Of a stretch of 39,669 nt of DNA, positions 25,968-33,689 are shown piece by piece. A program made the position numbers and the translations under genes. The notes beneath the pieces were generated by a model. It had not been told where the DNA came from, made no database searches, and saw nothing but the letters and a program-made list of their open reading frames with translations. This DNA comes from an uncultured Methanosarcinales archaeon (GTDB taxonomy: Archaea; Nanobdellota; Nanobdellia; Woesearchaeales; SKGA01), in contig CAZCGV010000001.1 in NCBI GenBank assembly GCA_964498515.1, forward strand, positions 1-39,669, in the 5' to 3' direction. How positions within the stretch are numbered: position 1 is the first letter of the stretch; every line of letters begins with the position of its first letter.

Positions 25968-26458
25968 TTATTTTCACCTTTTGAAATTTTTGTTTCGGTT
26001 TTAGGTTTCGGTTGTTCTTTTTTAGCAGTTTCTTTAACAACTAATTCTATGTGTGTTCGTTTCATTGCACGCCTTCTTTGTCGACCTTGATGAAAAGGTG
26101 TAGCTGCTTTATGCGCGCACATATGTACTAATTTTAATGAATCAGATAATCCTTTTGTTTCTGCATTTGCTTTAATATTTTTTAACAATTTTAATACTAT
26201 TGATGCTAATTTTTGAGGATATCTTCCTGGCCCAATCTTACCTCTTCTGTGACCAACTCCATCGTTAAATCTCCTATAAGGTATTGCTTGTTTGAATGTT
26301 AAAACATTTTCTAAAATTTTTGTAGCTTCTTCAACTGATTTTCCTCTTAAAAAAGAGCATAACTCAATTGAGTTTTTGGTAGACACTGGTAAATCTCGTC
26401 CGTATGCTGAAGCACAAGTTTCATCAAATTTTTCATATGCATATTTTGTTTTTGCCAT
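25964..26458 (-). CDS. rpl22: 50S ribosomal protein uL22
   Basis: ASAYGRDLPVSTKNSIELCSFLRGKSVEEA...RRFNDGVGHRRG...HIELVV. Confidence 0.9.
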   Translation of the reverse strand: MAKTKYAYEKFDETCASAYGRDLPVSTKNSIELCSFLRGKSVEEATKILENVLTFKQAIPYRRFNDGVGHRRGKIGPGRYPQKLASIVLKLLKNIKANAETKGLSDSLKLVHMCAHKAATPFHQGRQRRRAMKRTHIELVVKETAKKEQPKPKTETKISKGENK

Positions 26459-26467
26459 TTTATCGCC

Positions 26468-26830
26468 TTATTTTTTAGGTTTGTTTGTGACTCCAACTGA
26501 AGTATGTACAGCTCGTTTTCTAGTCAATGCAAATTCTCCGAAATATTGTCCAATCATTTCTTGACGAAGGGTTATTGGTTCAAATTTGTGTCCATTGAAT
26601 ATTTGCACAGTTTTTCCTACCATAGAAGGCAAAATAATCATATCTCTACGATGTGTTTTGACATTATTTTTTGTCTCTATTTTTTTTAATAACGTTTTTT
26701 TTTCTTCTGAAAATCCTCTTTTAATAGATCTTCTTTGACGTGAAGGTAAGATTTCAGATAATTGAGATAAACTCAATTCTTTTAATTCTTCAAGTGTTTT
26801 TGAACGATATGTAAATTCTTTTTTAGCCAT
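26468..26830 (-). CDS. rps19: 30S ribosomal protein uS19
   Basis: MVGKTVQIFNGHKFEPITLRQEMIGQYFGEFALTRKRAVH. Confidence 0.9.
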   Translation of the reverse strand: MAKKEFTYRSKTLEELKELSLSQLSEILPSRQRRSIKRGFSEEKKTLLKKIETKNNVKTHRRDMIILPSMVGKTVQIFNGHKFEPITLRQEMIGQYFGEFALTRKRAVHTSVGVTNKPKK

Positions 26831-26839
26831 TTAATCACC

Positions 26840-27541
26840 TTATTTTTTTCTACCAGTTCTACGCGGTCTAATCATTCCTACCAATCTTCCTGGTGGTGCG
26901 TTCTTTGGTGCTGGTTTTGCTTTGGATTTTCTTAAAGTACGTTTATTACCAAATGGATGTGCTACTGCGTTCATCGCACTTGCGGATACAATTGGCCAAT
27001 ACTTATTTCTTGCTTTCATTGCATAAAATTTATTTCCTGCTTTATAGAATGGTTTTTCAACTCTTCCACCGCCTGCAACAACTCCAATCATTGCTCGACA
27101 TTCAGGATTGAATTTTTTTTGTTTTCTTGAAGGAAACTCAATAGTTACAGCGTTTTCATTTTTTGAAACAACTCTTGCTGAAGCTCCCGTTGAACGGATA
27201 AATTTTCCTCCGTCATTTGGTCTTGCTTCGATATTGAATACAGAAATTCCTTCAGGGATGTTTTTTAGTTTCAAAACATTTCCAAACTCTAATTTTGCTT
27301 CGTTTGAAAAATCTAATTTGTCTCCAACTCGAATTCCCTCTGGTGCGATAACATAACTTGAAGCTCCAGTATCATAATATAATGCTAATAACGGTGCAGT
27401 GTGACCTGCGCAATGAACTATATCCATAACCATTGCGTCTGACGCCTCCAACATTTTAGCTTCGCCTTTAAATCTTAAACCATGAGTTTTAAATGTAGCG
27501 GAACCTTTTCCTCTTCTTTGTGAAATAATATTTTTTCCCAT
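26840..27541 (-). CDS. rpl2: 50S ribosomal protein uL2
   Basis: GNVLKLKNIPEGISVFNIE...GGRVEKPFYKAGNKFYA...VSASAMNAVAHPFGN. Confidence 0.95.
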   Translation of the reverse strand: MGKNIISQRRGKGSATFKTHGLRFKGEAKMLEASDAMVMDIVHCAGHTAPLLALYYDTGASSYVIAPEGIRVGDKLDFSNEAKLEFGNVLKLKNIPEGISVFNIEARPNDGGKFIRSTGASARVVSKNENAVTIEFPSRKQKKFNPECRAMIGVVAGGGRVEKPFYKAGNKFYAMKARNKYWPIVSASAMNAVAHPFGNKRTLRKSKAKPAPKNAPPGRLVGMIRPRRTGRKK

Positions 27542-27554
27542 TTTTTGATACCTC

Positions 27555-27800
27555 TTACATCAAACCTAACTTAGTTGCTAAATCGATAGCGGGTGTGTTG
27601 TCGGAAAAAGTGACATAAGCTTTCTTTTTTGAATCCGGACCAATCATAGTATTTATGTGTTCAATTTTTACTTTAAACATTTCCTCTATTTCATTTTTGA
27701 TTTCTTTTTTTGTCGCTTTTTTATCAACTACAAAAACAAGTTTATTTTCAGACTCCATCAAACGAGTCGCTTTTTCTGTAGCTAAAACGGTTTTTATCAT
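27555..27800 (-). CDS. rpl23: 50S ribosomal protein uL23
   Basis: TEKATRLMESENKLVFVVDKKATKKEIKNEIEEMFKVKIEHINTM. Confidence 0.9.
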   Translation of the reverse strand: MIKTVLATEKATRLMESENKLVFVVDKKATKKEIKNEIEEMFKVKIEHINTMIGPDSKKKAYVTFSDNTPAIDLATKLGLM

Positions 27801-28639
27801 TGAGCATCACCTGTAATTTTTTGATTTGTATACAGATTGGATTTTTCTAAAATGTTTATTGCTAAATCTGTAAATAAGGTTAATCTACCTGGATGAGTTC
27901 CAGGTGCTAATAATTCTGCATTTAAAGAATCTACAGGAACAACCTCTGCTCCTGAAATATTGTTTGCAGCTTTTAGTAAAGGACAATCTTTTGAAACTAC
28001 GAAAAGAAATGATTTTTTAGTTACATGTTTTCTTCCTCTCATTTTTCCAATTCCGGCCCTTATACTTACATTATTGGCTCTTTCAATTTCTTCTGAAAAT
28101 CCCAATTTAATTAAAATTTGAACTAAGTCTTTTGTTTTATTTATAGATTCAAAAGAAGAATCCAATATAAATGGAAATTCTTTAGGAATTTTATGCCCTC
28201 TTTCAGAAATTAGTTCGGGCAATATTGTTGCAGCCAATGCAGAACGAATTGCTTTTCTTCTTTCTTTGATGTTTATTTTTTGAGTCCAAATTTTCTCTGC
28301 TTTCGGAGGATGTGCTCTTCGACCACCAACTGTTTGTGGAGTGGTTGCACCAACAAAATAAAATCTTGTTCCTCGTCTATTTAGAACTTTTCTAGGGGTT
28401 CTAGATTGACCAATACCATATGTACCTTTGTAATTATGTCTACGTTTAGAAATGTATGACGAATATCTTTGACCTGCTTCAGGATTTGAGCCATATTGTT
28501 GTCGTCTATTTGCTTGTAAAGCCAATACAGCTCGAGTAATTAAATCGGGTCTAACACTCTCGGAAAATTGTTGTGGTAATTCAATTGTGTTTTTCACAAC
28601 ATTGTTTTTATCAATAACATTTAATTTCATCATGATCAC
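27797..28639 (-). CDS. rpl4: 50S ribosomal protein uL4
   Basis: RPDLITRAVLALQANRRQQYG...GIGQSRTPR...GGRRAHPPK. Start may be one of the ATGs at 28639-28630. Confidence 0.9.
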   Translation of the reverse strand: MIMMKLNVIDKNNVVKNTIELPQQFSESVRPDLITRAVLALQANRRQQYGSNPEAGQRYSSYISKRRHNYKGTYGIGQSRTPRKVLNRRGTRFYFVGATTPQTVGGRRAHPPKAEKIWTQKINIKERRKAIRSALAATILPELISERGHKIPKEFPFILDSSFESINKTKDLVQILIKLGFSEEIERANNVSIRAGIGKMRGRKHVTKKSFLFVVSKDCPLLKAANNISGAEVVPVDSLNAELLAPGTHPGRLTLFTDLAINILEKSNLYTNQKITGDAQ

Positions 28640-29623
28640 CTAATTACCTTGTTTTGATTCCACACTTACATACTCAATTGTAGGTAATGCTGGTTGCTTT
28701 GTCGTTCTTAATGGCGCTGTTAAATGAATTAATCTTTTTGAAGGACCTGGTACAGAACCTTTAATTAAAAGATATTGTGATTTAACATTTCCAAATCTTA
28801 CAAATCCACCTTTAGGATTTACTTTATCTAAATCGTCAGATATCATCAATATTTGATTATTATATTGTGTTCTTTGATGAAACCCCATTTGACCGGCATA
28901 TGCAATACGATACATTACATGACCTTGACCTTTCCATGGACCTAATGAACCAGGTGCCCTTATGGTTTTTTCAGATTTATGCGATCTTATGCTTACTCCA
29001 AATCGTTTTACTGGACCTTGAAAACCTTTTCCTTTAGTTACAGACCTTAAATCAACAACTGAACCTTCAGAAAATGCATCTTTTATTGAAAAACCAGACT
29101 CTAAATGATTTTTTATGTAATTTATTTTTTCTTCATTAGAACCACCAAAAGACATTTCAAAAACATCAGGTGTTTTTTTACCTAAATTTGTTTTGATTGG
29201 TTGAGTTCTAACTACTGCAGTTATGTCAAGAACATCGGTTAAATCTAATTTATCTAAATCTTCCAGGGAAGAAATTTTTGAAGAAATTTTTGTTTTCCTT
29301 ATTAATTCTTTATCGTGCTTGAAAAATAGTTCTTGATTAACAGAGGATCCATAACCATTTGCCTTATATGTTCTAACACTTACAAGTTTAATATTTGGAC
29401 ATTCTATAACTGTTACTGGATAAGATACTTTATCGCCTTTAGTAGGTGAATTTTTTTGAGAATCTATTCCAATTAAATGAGTCATTCCGACTTTGTAGCC
29501 TGCGAAAACTAAAGGTTTAACTTCAGTCACTATTGGTAAAGATCTAACTCTAGCATAAGCTCTAGTTGCTCTTTTACGAGGCCAAAATTGCATACTTCCG
29601 TGACGAGGATTTACTCTTTTCAT
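28640..29623 (-). CDS. rpl3: 50S ribosomal protein uL3
   Basis: PRHGSMQFWPRKRA...FAGYKVGMTH...KGKGFQGPVKRFGV...GQMGFHQRT. First gene of the cluster. Confidence 0.95.
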   Translation of the reverse strand: MKRVNPRHGSMQFWPRKRATRAYARVRSLPIVTEVKPLVFAGYKVGMTHLIGIDSQKNSPTKGDKVSYPVTVIECPNIKLVSVRTYKANGYGSSVNQELFFKHDKELIRKTKISSKISSLEDLDKLDLTDVLDITAVVRTQPIKTNLGKKTPDVFEMSFGGSNEEKINYIKNHLESGFSIKDAFSEGSVVDLRSVTKGKGFQGPVKRFGVSIRSHKSEKTIRAPGSLGPWKGQGHVMYRIAYAGQMGFHQRTQYNNQILMISDDLDKVNPKGGFVRFGNVKSQYLLIKGSVPGPSKRLIHLTAPLRTTKQPALPTIEYVSVESKQGN

Positions 29624-29644
29624 TTATATCATACTCTTTGTGTT

Positions 29645-29681
29645 TTTTCAGAAACAGTAGTTATACTGTTAGTACTGAAAA
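29645..29681 (-). other. nested hairpin in the putative uL3-operon leader
   Basis: TTTTCAG (29645-29651) pairs with CTGAAAA (29675-29681). AACAGTA (29653-29659) pairs with TACTGTT (29664-29670), and CAGTA can alternatively pair with TACTG at 29673-29677. Read directly. Confidence 0.5.
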
Positions 29682-29760
29682 TGGACTTATTTCCAGGCAG
29701 CACATCATATACTAATAATGAATATTATTATTGAAGTGAAATGATAGAAAAACTAGTTTC

Positions 29761-29768
29761 TTTATAAA
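29761..29768 (-). promoter_or_regulatory. candidate TATA box (TTTATAAA) for the uL3 operon
   Basis: Palindromic TTTATAAA ~140 nt upstream of the uL3 ATG, the strongest TATA-like element in the 242-bp spacer. A closer weak AGTATAA (~ -40) also exists, so the TSS is unresolved. Confidence 0.35.
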
Positions 29769-29803
29769 TGTTTTGCTTATTTTTATTTATTTTGGACATA
29801 TAA

Positions 29804-29853
29804 GCTCTTTTTAGGGTTTTTTTGTTTAAGGACGCTCTTTTTAGGGTTTTTTT
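29804..29853. repeat. two exact 20-bp direct repeats GCTCTTTTTAGGGTTTTTTT (29804-29823, 29834-29853; 30-bp period)
   Basis: Read directly. Lies between the primase gene stop (29866) and the candidate uL3-operon TATA box. Confidence 0.85.
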
Positions 29854-29865
29854 TGAAAATAAAGG

Positions 29866-31881
29866 CTAAATATTTAATTTGAGAATTTCTTGTATTTCTT
29901 TTGAAAATACGTGTTCGTCTTGTTTTAGTTTTCTTAATAACTCTGATTTGGAAAACCATTTTATTTCTTTGAAGGAATTGGAAGGATTAAAGTTGTTTAT
30001 GTGCCTATCAACTACCGCATAAAAAAAGTAATTGAATTTATTTTCAGTTTTGATTAAATTTTTAGGCAATTTTAATTCTCTTGGAAAGAATGTTCGTAAT
30101 CCAAGCTTCTCTTTAGCAATTCTTTTTAATGAATTTACTTCCGTTTCTTTTTTTTGGACAAAAGTTTGTAAAGGAAAAATCCAGATATCAGTTATGTCTT
30201 TTACCAATAATAAACCATCTGCACTATTTTTTATAATTAGAACACATTTTCGAATTAAATCTTTTTTTGTGATTTGGTCTAATTTTTTATATTCTTTTTG
30301 TATGTTTTTTTCATCCACAATTAAAATGTATGGAATAGTTTTCTCGATTTTATTTTTAGGTTTTAATTTTTTAGAAGGATTTAATTTAGATTTATTTTGA
30401 GCATATTGAGAGGGATTTTTTATGTGTTGACAAAATTCATCTGGAGAACATATTTGAATTGCTTCGTAGTAAGATTTATTTGAACAGCTTGGGGGGAGAA
30501 TAGGTTTTTTTCCTTGTTTAATTTGACTTAATTGTCCTTTTATATATTGTTCTCTCAAAGGTTCGGGATTTTTTGAATTCCACTCATGAACATACTCTTC
30601 GATTTGTTCTAAAGACCAACCAACCATTCTTAAAAAATTTAATAAAACAAATAGGGCTCTTTTTTTACCGTCTTGAAGTCCTTTTGTAATTTTTTGAATA
30701 CAAGGAGGAAAGAATTCTTCAGATAGAGCATTTGGAGGTAGTTCTATTTCTTTTTGTATATTTTCAATTTTACGATTGTATTCTTTGAAAGAGGAATCAA
30801 AGGATAATAAAACTAATTTCGATGCTTCCCCTTGCTGAGCTTTTTCTCTAAACATAAATCTTTTCTCGAAAGAACAATGTTCAGGTTGGGCTGATTCTTT
30901 TTTGAAATTTAAAATTTCAGATTTATCTACAGGAATTGAAACTAATTTTGATTTTTCATGTAAAGAATACGGCATACGGTATAGATGTCTTGAAGCTATA
31001 AGTATTGTGTCTACATCTACAACTGCAAAAAAATTGAAAATTTTATCAAATTTGGTAGGAATTTTACAGTATTTACATATGTTTTTTTCGATGTTTGGTT
31101 GAACAGGATAACCACAAGAAGGACAGGGTAAAATATCTATTTTTGTTTTTGAGTTAAAAGATTTTCCACATTTAATACAAGTATAAGATAATTTTGAACT
31201 TTTAGGTGACTCTTCGGAAATTGATTTACATTTTTGACATCGATAAGCTATTAGAGAATGCGAATTTTTTTTTGCGATAGCTTGTAGTTGTTTAAAAGAA
31301 AACTTAAACTGATCTAAAAAAACAACATACTCATTATTAATTTTTGCAAAATTTTCAGTTATGTAGCTTAACAAATACAAAGCTATTTTTCTTGCCCCCT
31401 CTGGAAATAAATTTTTGAAAAATACAGTTTGACCTTCATAAGATACTTTTTGAGGAAAAGCTTCAAATGGAACCGCAATATGGAATCCTTTGTTACCTGA
31501 AAATTTACAAAAAATCGTTTTTACACCATGTGCTTCCAAAGCCTTAATAAATAAGTGTGTTGTTAGTTTGGATAATTCCCACTCAGGACAATCAATGTCT
31601 AAGATTAGATCCCATCCTTTCCTTAAATCATCTAATTCGCGTCGTTTCATACCTGTACTTAAAGCTAAAGGATTAAACCACAATTCTTCTGAACAATGAA
31701 AAGAAGTCGCTTTCTTTTTTGCTAATTCTAAAACATCATTTTCATATGTTAAAATGTCTGGTCGTTTTCCAAATCCTTCATTTATAAATCTAACAGAGCA
31801 TTCTTTATCTTGGGCCTCTCTAACAATTGCAGATTGAACTTCTTTGCGTTTATAATACATTAATGAAAAAGACAGGTCCAT
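29866..31881 (-). CDS. fused archaeo-eukaryotic DNA primase: PriS catalytic domain + PriL C-terminal Fe-S domain + C-terminal degenerate Nudix-like domain
   Basis: The AEP domain has WDLILDIDC (DxD), FSGNKGFHIAVPF and SRHLYRMPYSLHEKS. Two CxxC pairs of zinc ribbons (CQKC/CIKC, CPSC/CKYC). PriL-CTD-like FFPPCIQKI...RALFVLLNFLRMVGWSLEQI...PPSCSNKSYYEAIQICSPDEFCQHIKNPSQY (4 Cys). Residues ~515-660 contain WIFPLQTFVQKKETEVNSLKRIAKEKLGL (Nudix-box-like) and KEIKWFSKSEL. Confidence 0.8.
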   Translation of the reverse strand: MDLSFSLMYYKRKEVQSAIVREAQDKECSVRFINEGFGKRPDILTYENDVLELAKKKATSFHCSEELWFNPLALSTGMKRRELDDLRKGWDLILDIDCPEWELSKLTTHLFIKALEAHGVKTIFCKFSGNKGFHIAVPFEAFPQKVSYEGQTVFFKNLFPEGARKIALYLLSYITENFAKINNEYVVFLDQFKFSFKQLQAIAKKNSHSLIAYRCQKCKSISEESPKSSKLSYTCIKCGKSFNSKTKIDILPCPSCGYPVQPNIEKNICKYCKIPTKFDKIFNFFAVVDVDTILIASRHLYRMPYSLHEKSKLVSIPVDKSEILNFKKESAQPEHCSFEKRFMFREKAQQGEASKLVLLSFDSSFKEYNRKIENIQKEIELPPNALSEEFFPPCIQKITKGLQDGKKRALFVLLNFLRMVGWSLEQIEEYVHEWNSKNPEPLREQYIKGQLSQIKQGKKPILPPSCSNKSYYEAIQICSPDEFCQHIKNPSQYAQNKSKLNPSKKLKPKNKIEKTIPYILIVDEKNIQKEYKKLDQITKKDLIRKCVLIIKNSADGLLLVKDITDIWIFPLQTFVQKKETEVNSLKRIAKEKLGLRTFFPRELKLPKNLIKTENKFNYFFYAVVDRHINNFNPSNSFKEIKWFSKSELLRKLKQDEHVFSKEIQEILKLNI

Positions 31882-31929
31882 GATAAAATAAAAACTAACT
31901 TAAATATAAAACTAATGATAATTAAGCAT

Positions 31930-33657
31930 TTAACGTATTAGCGATTCTAACTTAATTATGTCTTCTTCTAATTTTTTAAATGCGCCATTCCAAAAAGATT
32001 TATCATTTACATCTATTCCTGCGTTAGCTAATATTTCTTCCACATCTGCGTCTCCACCAGAACTTAATATTTTTAAATATTTTTTGACAAAACTACTTCC
32101 CTCTTCAAGATATTTAGAATATAATGCGAACACTAAAAGATTGCCAAAGGCATAAGCGTAACAATAAAAAGGCGTCTCATAAATGTGTGGTATTCTCAAC
32201 CACTCATACTTAAAAATAGTGGGTACGTTCATTTCATTTCCAAACTGCTCTTTTAATAAATCATAATATTTTTGATTTAGTTCATCCACACTTACCCCTT
32301 TAGAAATAAGTTTGTGTGCTTCAATTTCAAAAAGTACAAAATAAGTTTGTCTTAATATGCTTGCAAAAGCAGAGCTTATGTGATGAAATAATAAATATTT
32401 TTTTTCTTCCTTTGATGAATTTTTTAATAACTCTTCTGTTAAAAGTAATTCAGAGAATATGCTTGCAGTTTCGGCTAAAACAAGGGATGAATGATATGTC
32501 ATTTGAGTTTTATCTTTTGCTAATTGTCCATGTATTCCATGACCTAGTTCGTGTGCCATAGTTAGCATTGAATTTAAATCATCCGTGTGATTTAATAATA
32601 TGTATGGAACTTCATCTTTTCCATAAGAATAACAAAAAGCTCCTCCTCGTTTTTTTTCTGAAATTTCTGAATGTATGTTGTTTTGGTCAAAAATATTTTT
32701 AGCTAAGTTTTCAATTTTAGGCGAGAAATCTTTGAAAGTTTCTAAAACTATTTTTTTTGAAATGTTGAACGAATATTTTTTATTTGATTTTAATTTATAA
32801 GGTGTGTAGATATGGTATCTTGAATTAAGTATTTTCAAAATTTTAGATTTCAATTTGAAAAATTTTTGAAATATAAATCGTTTACTTTTTATTAAATCCA
32901 ACAACATACTAATTGTTTTATCTGAAAGTGTGTTTGAAAAATTCCTTGCAGAAATGGATGAAGAATAGTTTCTTATTTTAGTCATTTCATTAGACCAATC
33001 TAACGATAAGCCTTTGTAAATCTCAGCAAAAACATCTTCGTTTTTTTCGTATTCTAAAAATAAAGATTTGTATGCTTGTATGTTGTTTTTTGGTAGAGGG
33101 TCCATAAAATATTTATTTAGTTCTGTTTCAGATAATTTTTTGTTTTTAAATTTAAACTTTAATTTCGATGAAATTATGTTTCGAAGAGTGGTTAAAGTTT
33201 GTTGTCCACTCAAATCTTTAATATTTAATATTTTTTCTTCTTCAATGGAACGCATGTGTATTTTGGCATCCCTTATAGATTGGAAACAATATTTATATTT
33301 TCCTAATTTGGAATAAATTGTATGTGCTTTTTTCTCATTTAGATTTCGTATAAATTCACTTACAAATAAAATTTTATTTTGATTTTGTGTTAATAATGAA
33401 TCTAATTTTTGTAATTCTTTTATTGTTTTTTTATCTTCTTGATTTTCACAATGTTTGAGGTATGTTTTAACATATAGTTTATTTGAAATTTGATTGATCT
33501 TTTCTTGAATTTTAAAAATTTGAATTAACTCTTTTTCTCCACAAGATTTAATTTTTTTTTGAAAAGAAATTAATTTTTTTACTTGTTTGTCGAGATCTGA
33601 AAGTAATTTAGTTTTTTCACCTTCTTTATAGATATTGTTTAAGTTCCATTTGACCAT
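31930..33657 (-). CDS. pepF: oligoendopeptidase F (M3B family metallopeptidase)
   Basis: HExxH zinc motif MAHELGHGIHG, a downstream LAETASIFSE (third ligand Glu region), and ~575-aa length typical of PepF. Confidence 0.8.
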   Translation of the reverse strand: MVKWNLNNIYKEGEKTKLLSDLDKQVKKLISFQKKIKSCGEKELIQIFKIQEKINQISNKLYVKTYLKHCENQEDKKTIKELQKLDSLLTQNQNKILFVSEFIRNLNEKKAHTIYSKLGKYKYCFQSIRDAKIHMRSIEEEKILNIKDLSGQQTLTTLRNIISSKLKFKFKNKKLSETELNKYFMDPLPKNNIQAYKSLFLEYEKNEDVFAEIYKGLSLDWSNEMTKIRNYSSSISARNFSNTLSDKTISMLLDLIKSKRFIFQKFFKLKSKILKILNSRYHIYTPYKLKSNKKYSFNISKKIVLETFKDFSPKIENLAKNIFDQNNIHSEISEKKRGGAFCYSYGKDEVPYILLNHTDDLNSMLTMAHELGHGIHGQLAKDKTQMTYHSSLVLAETASIFSELLLTEELLKNSSKEEKKYLLFHHISSAFASILRQTYFVLFEIEAHKLISKGVSVDELNQKYYDLLKEQFGNEMNVPTIFKYEWLRIPHIYETPFYCYAYAFGNLLVFALYSKYLEEGSSFVKKYLKILSSGGDADVEEILANAGIDVNDKSFWNGAFKKLEEDIIKLESLIR

Positions 33658-33689
33658 GACTCCTTAGAAGAAGAAAGCATTTAAAAAAC

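Noticed and set aside
29686-29697. CTTATTTCCAGG, sharing TTATTTCCA with the two ORB-like elements, as a third ORB.
   Set aside because: Only the left half is present, with no TGGAAA arm and no adjacent C/G run. A 9-mer match in AT-rich DNA is weak evidence.
29804-29853. The 20-bp direct repeats with a 30-bp period as a degenerate CRISPR array. Their CCCTAAA core as a telomere or telo-box-like element.
   Set aside because: There are only two copies with a 10-bp spacer and no cas genes, so this is not a CRISPR array. The resemblance to plant telomeric or telo-box sequence (AAACCCTAA upstream of plant r-protein genes) is almost certainly coincidental in an archaeon.
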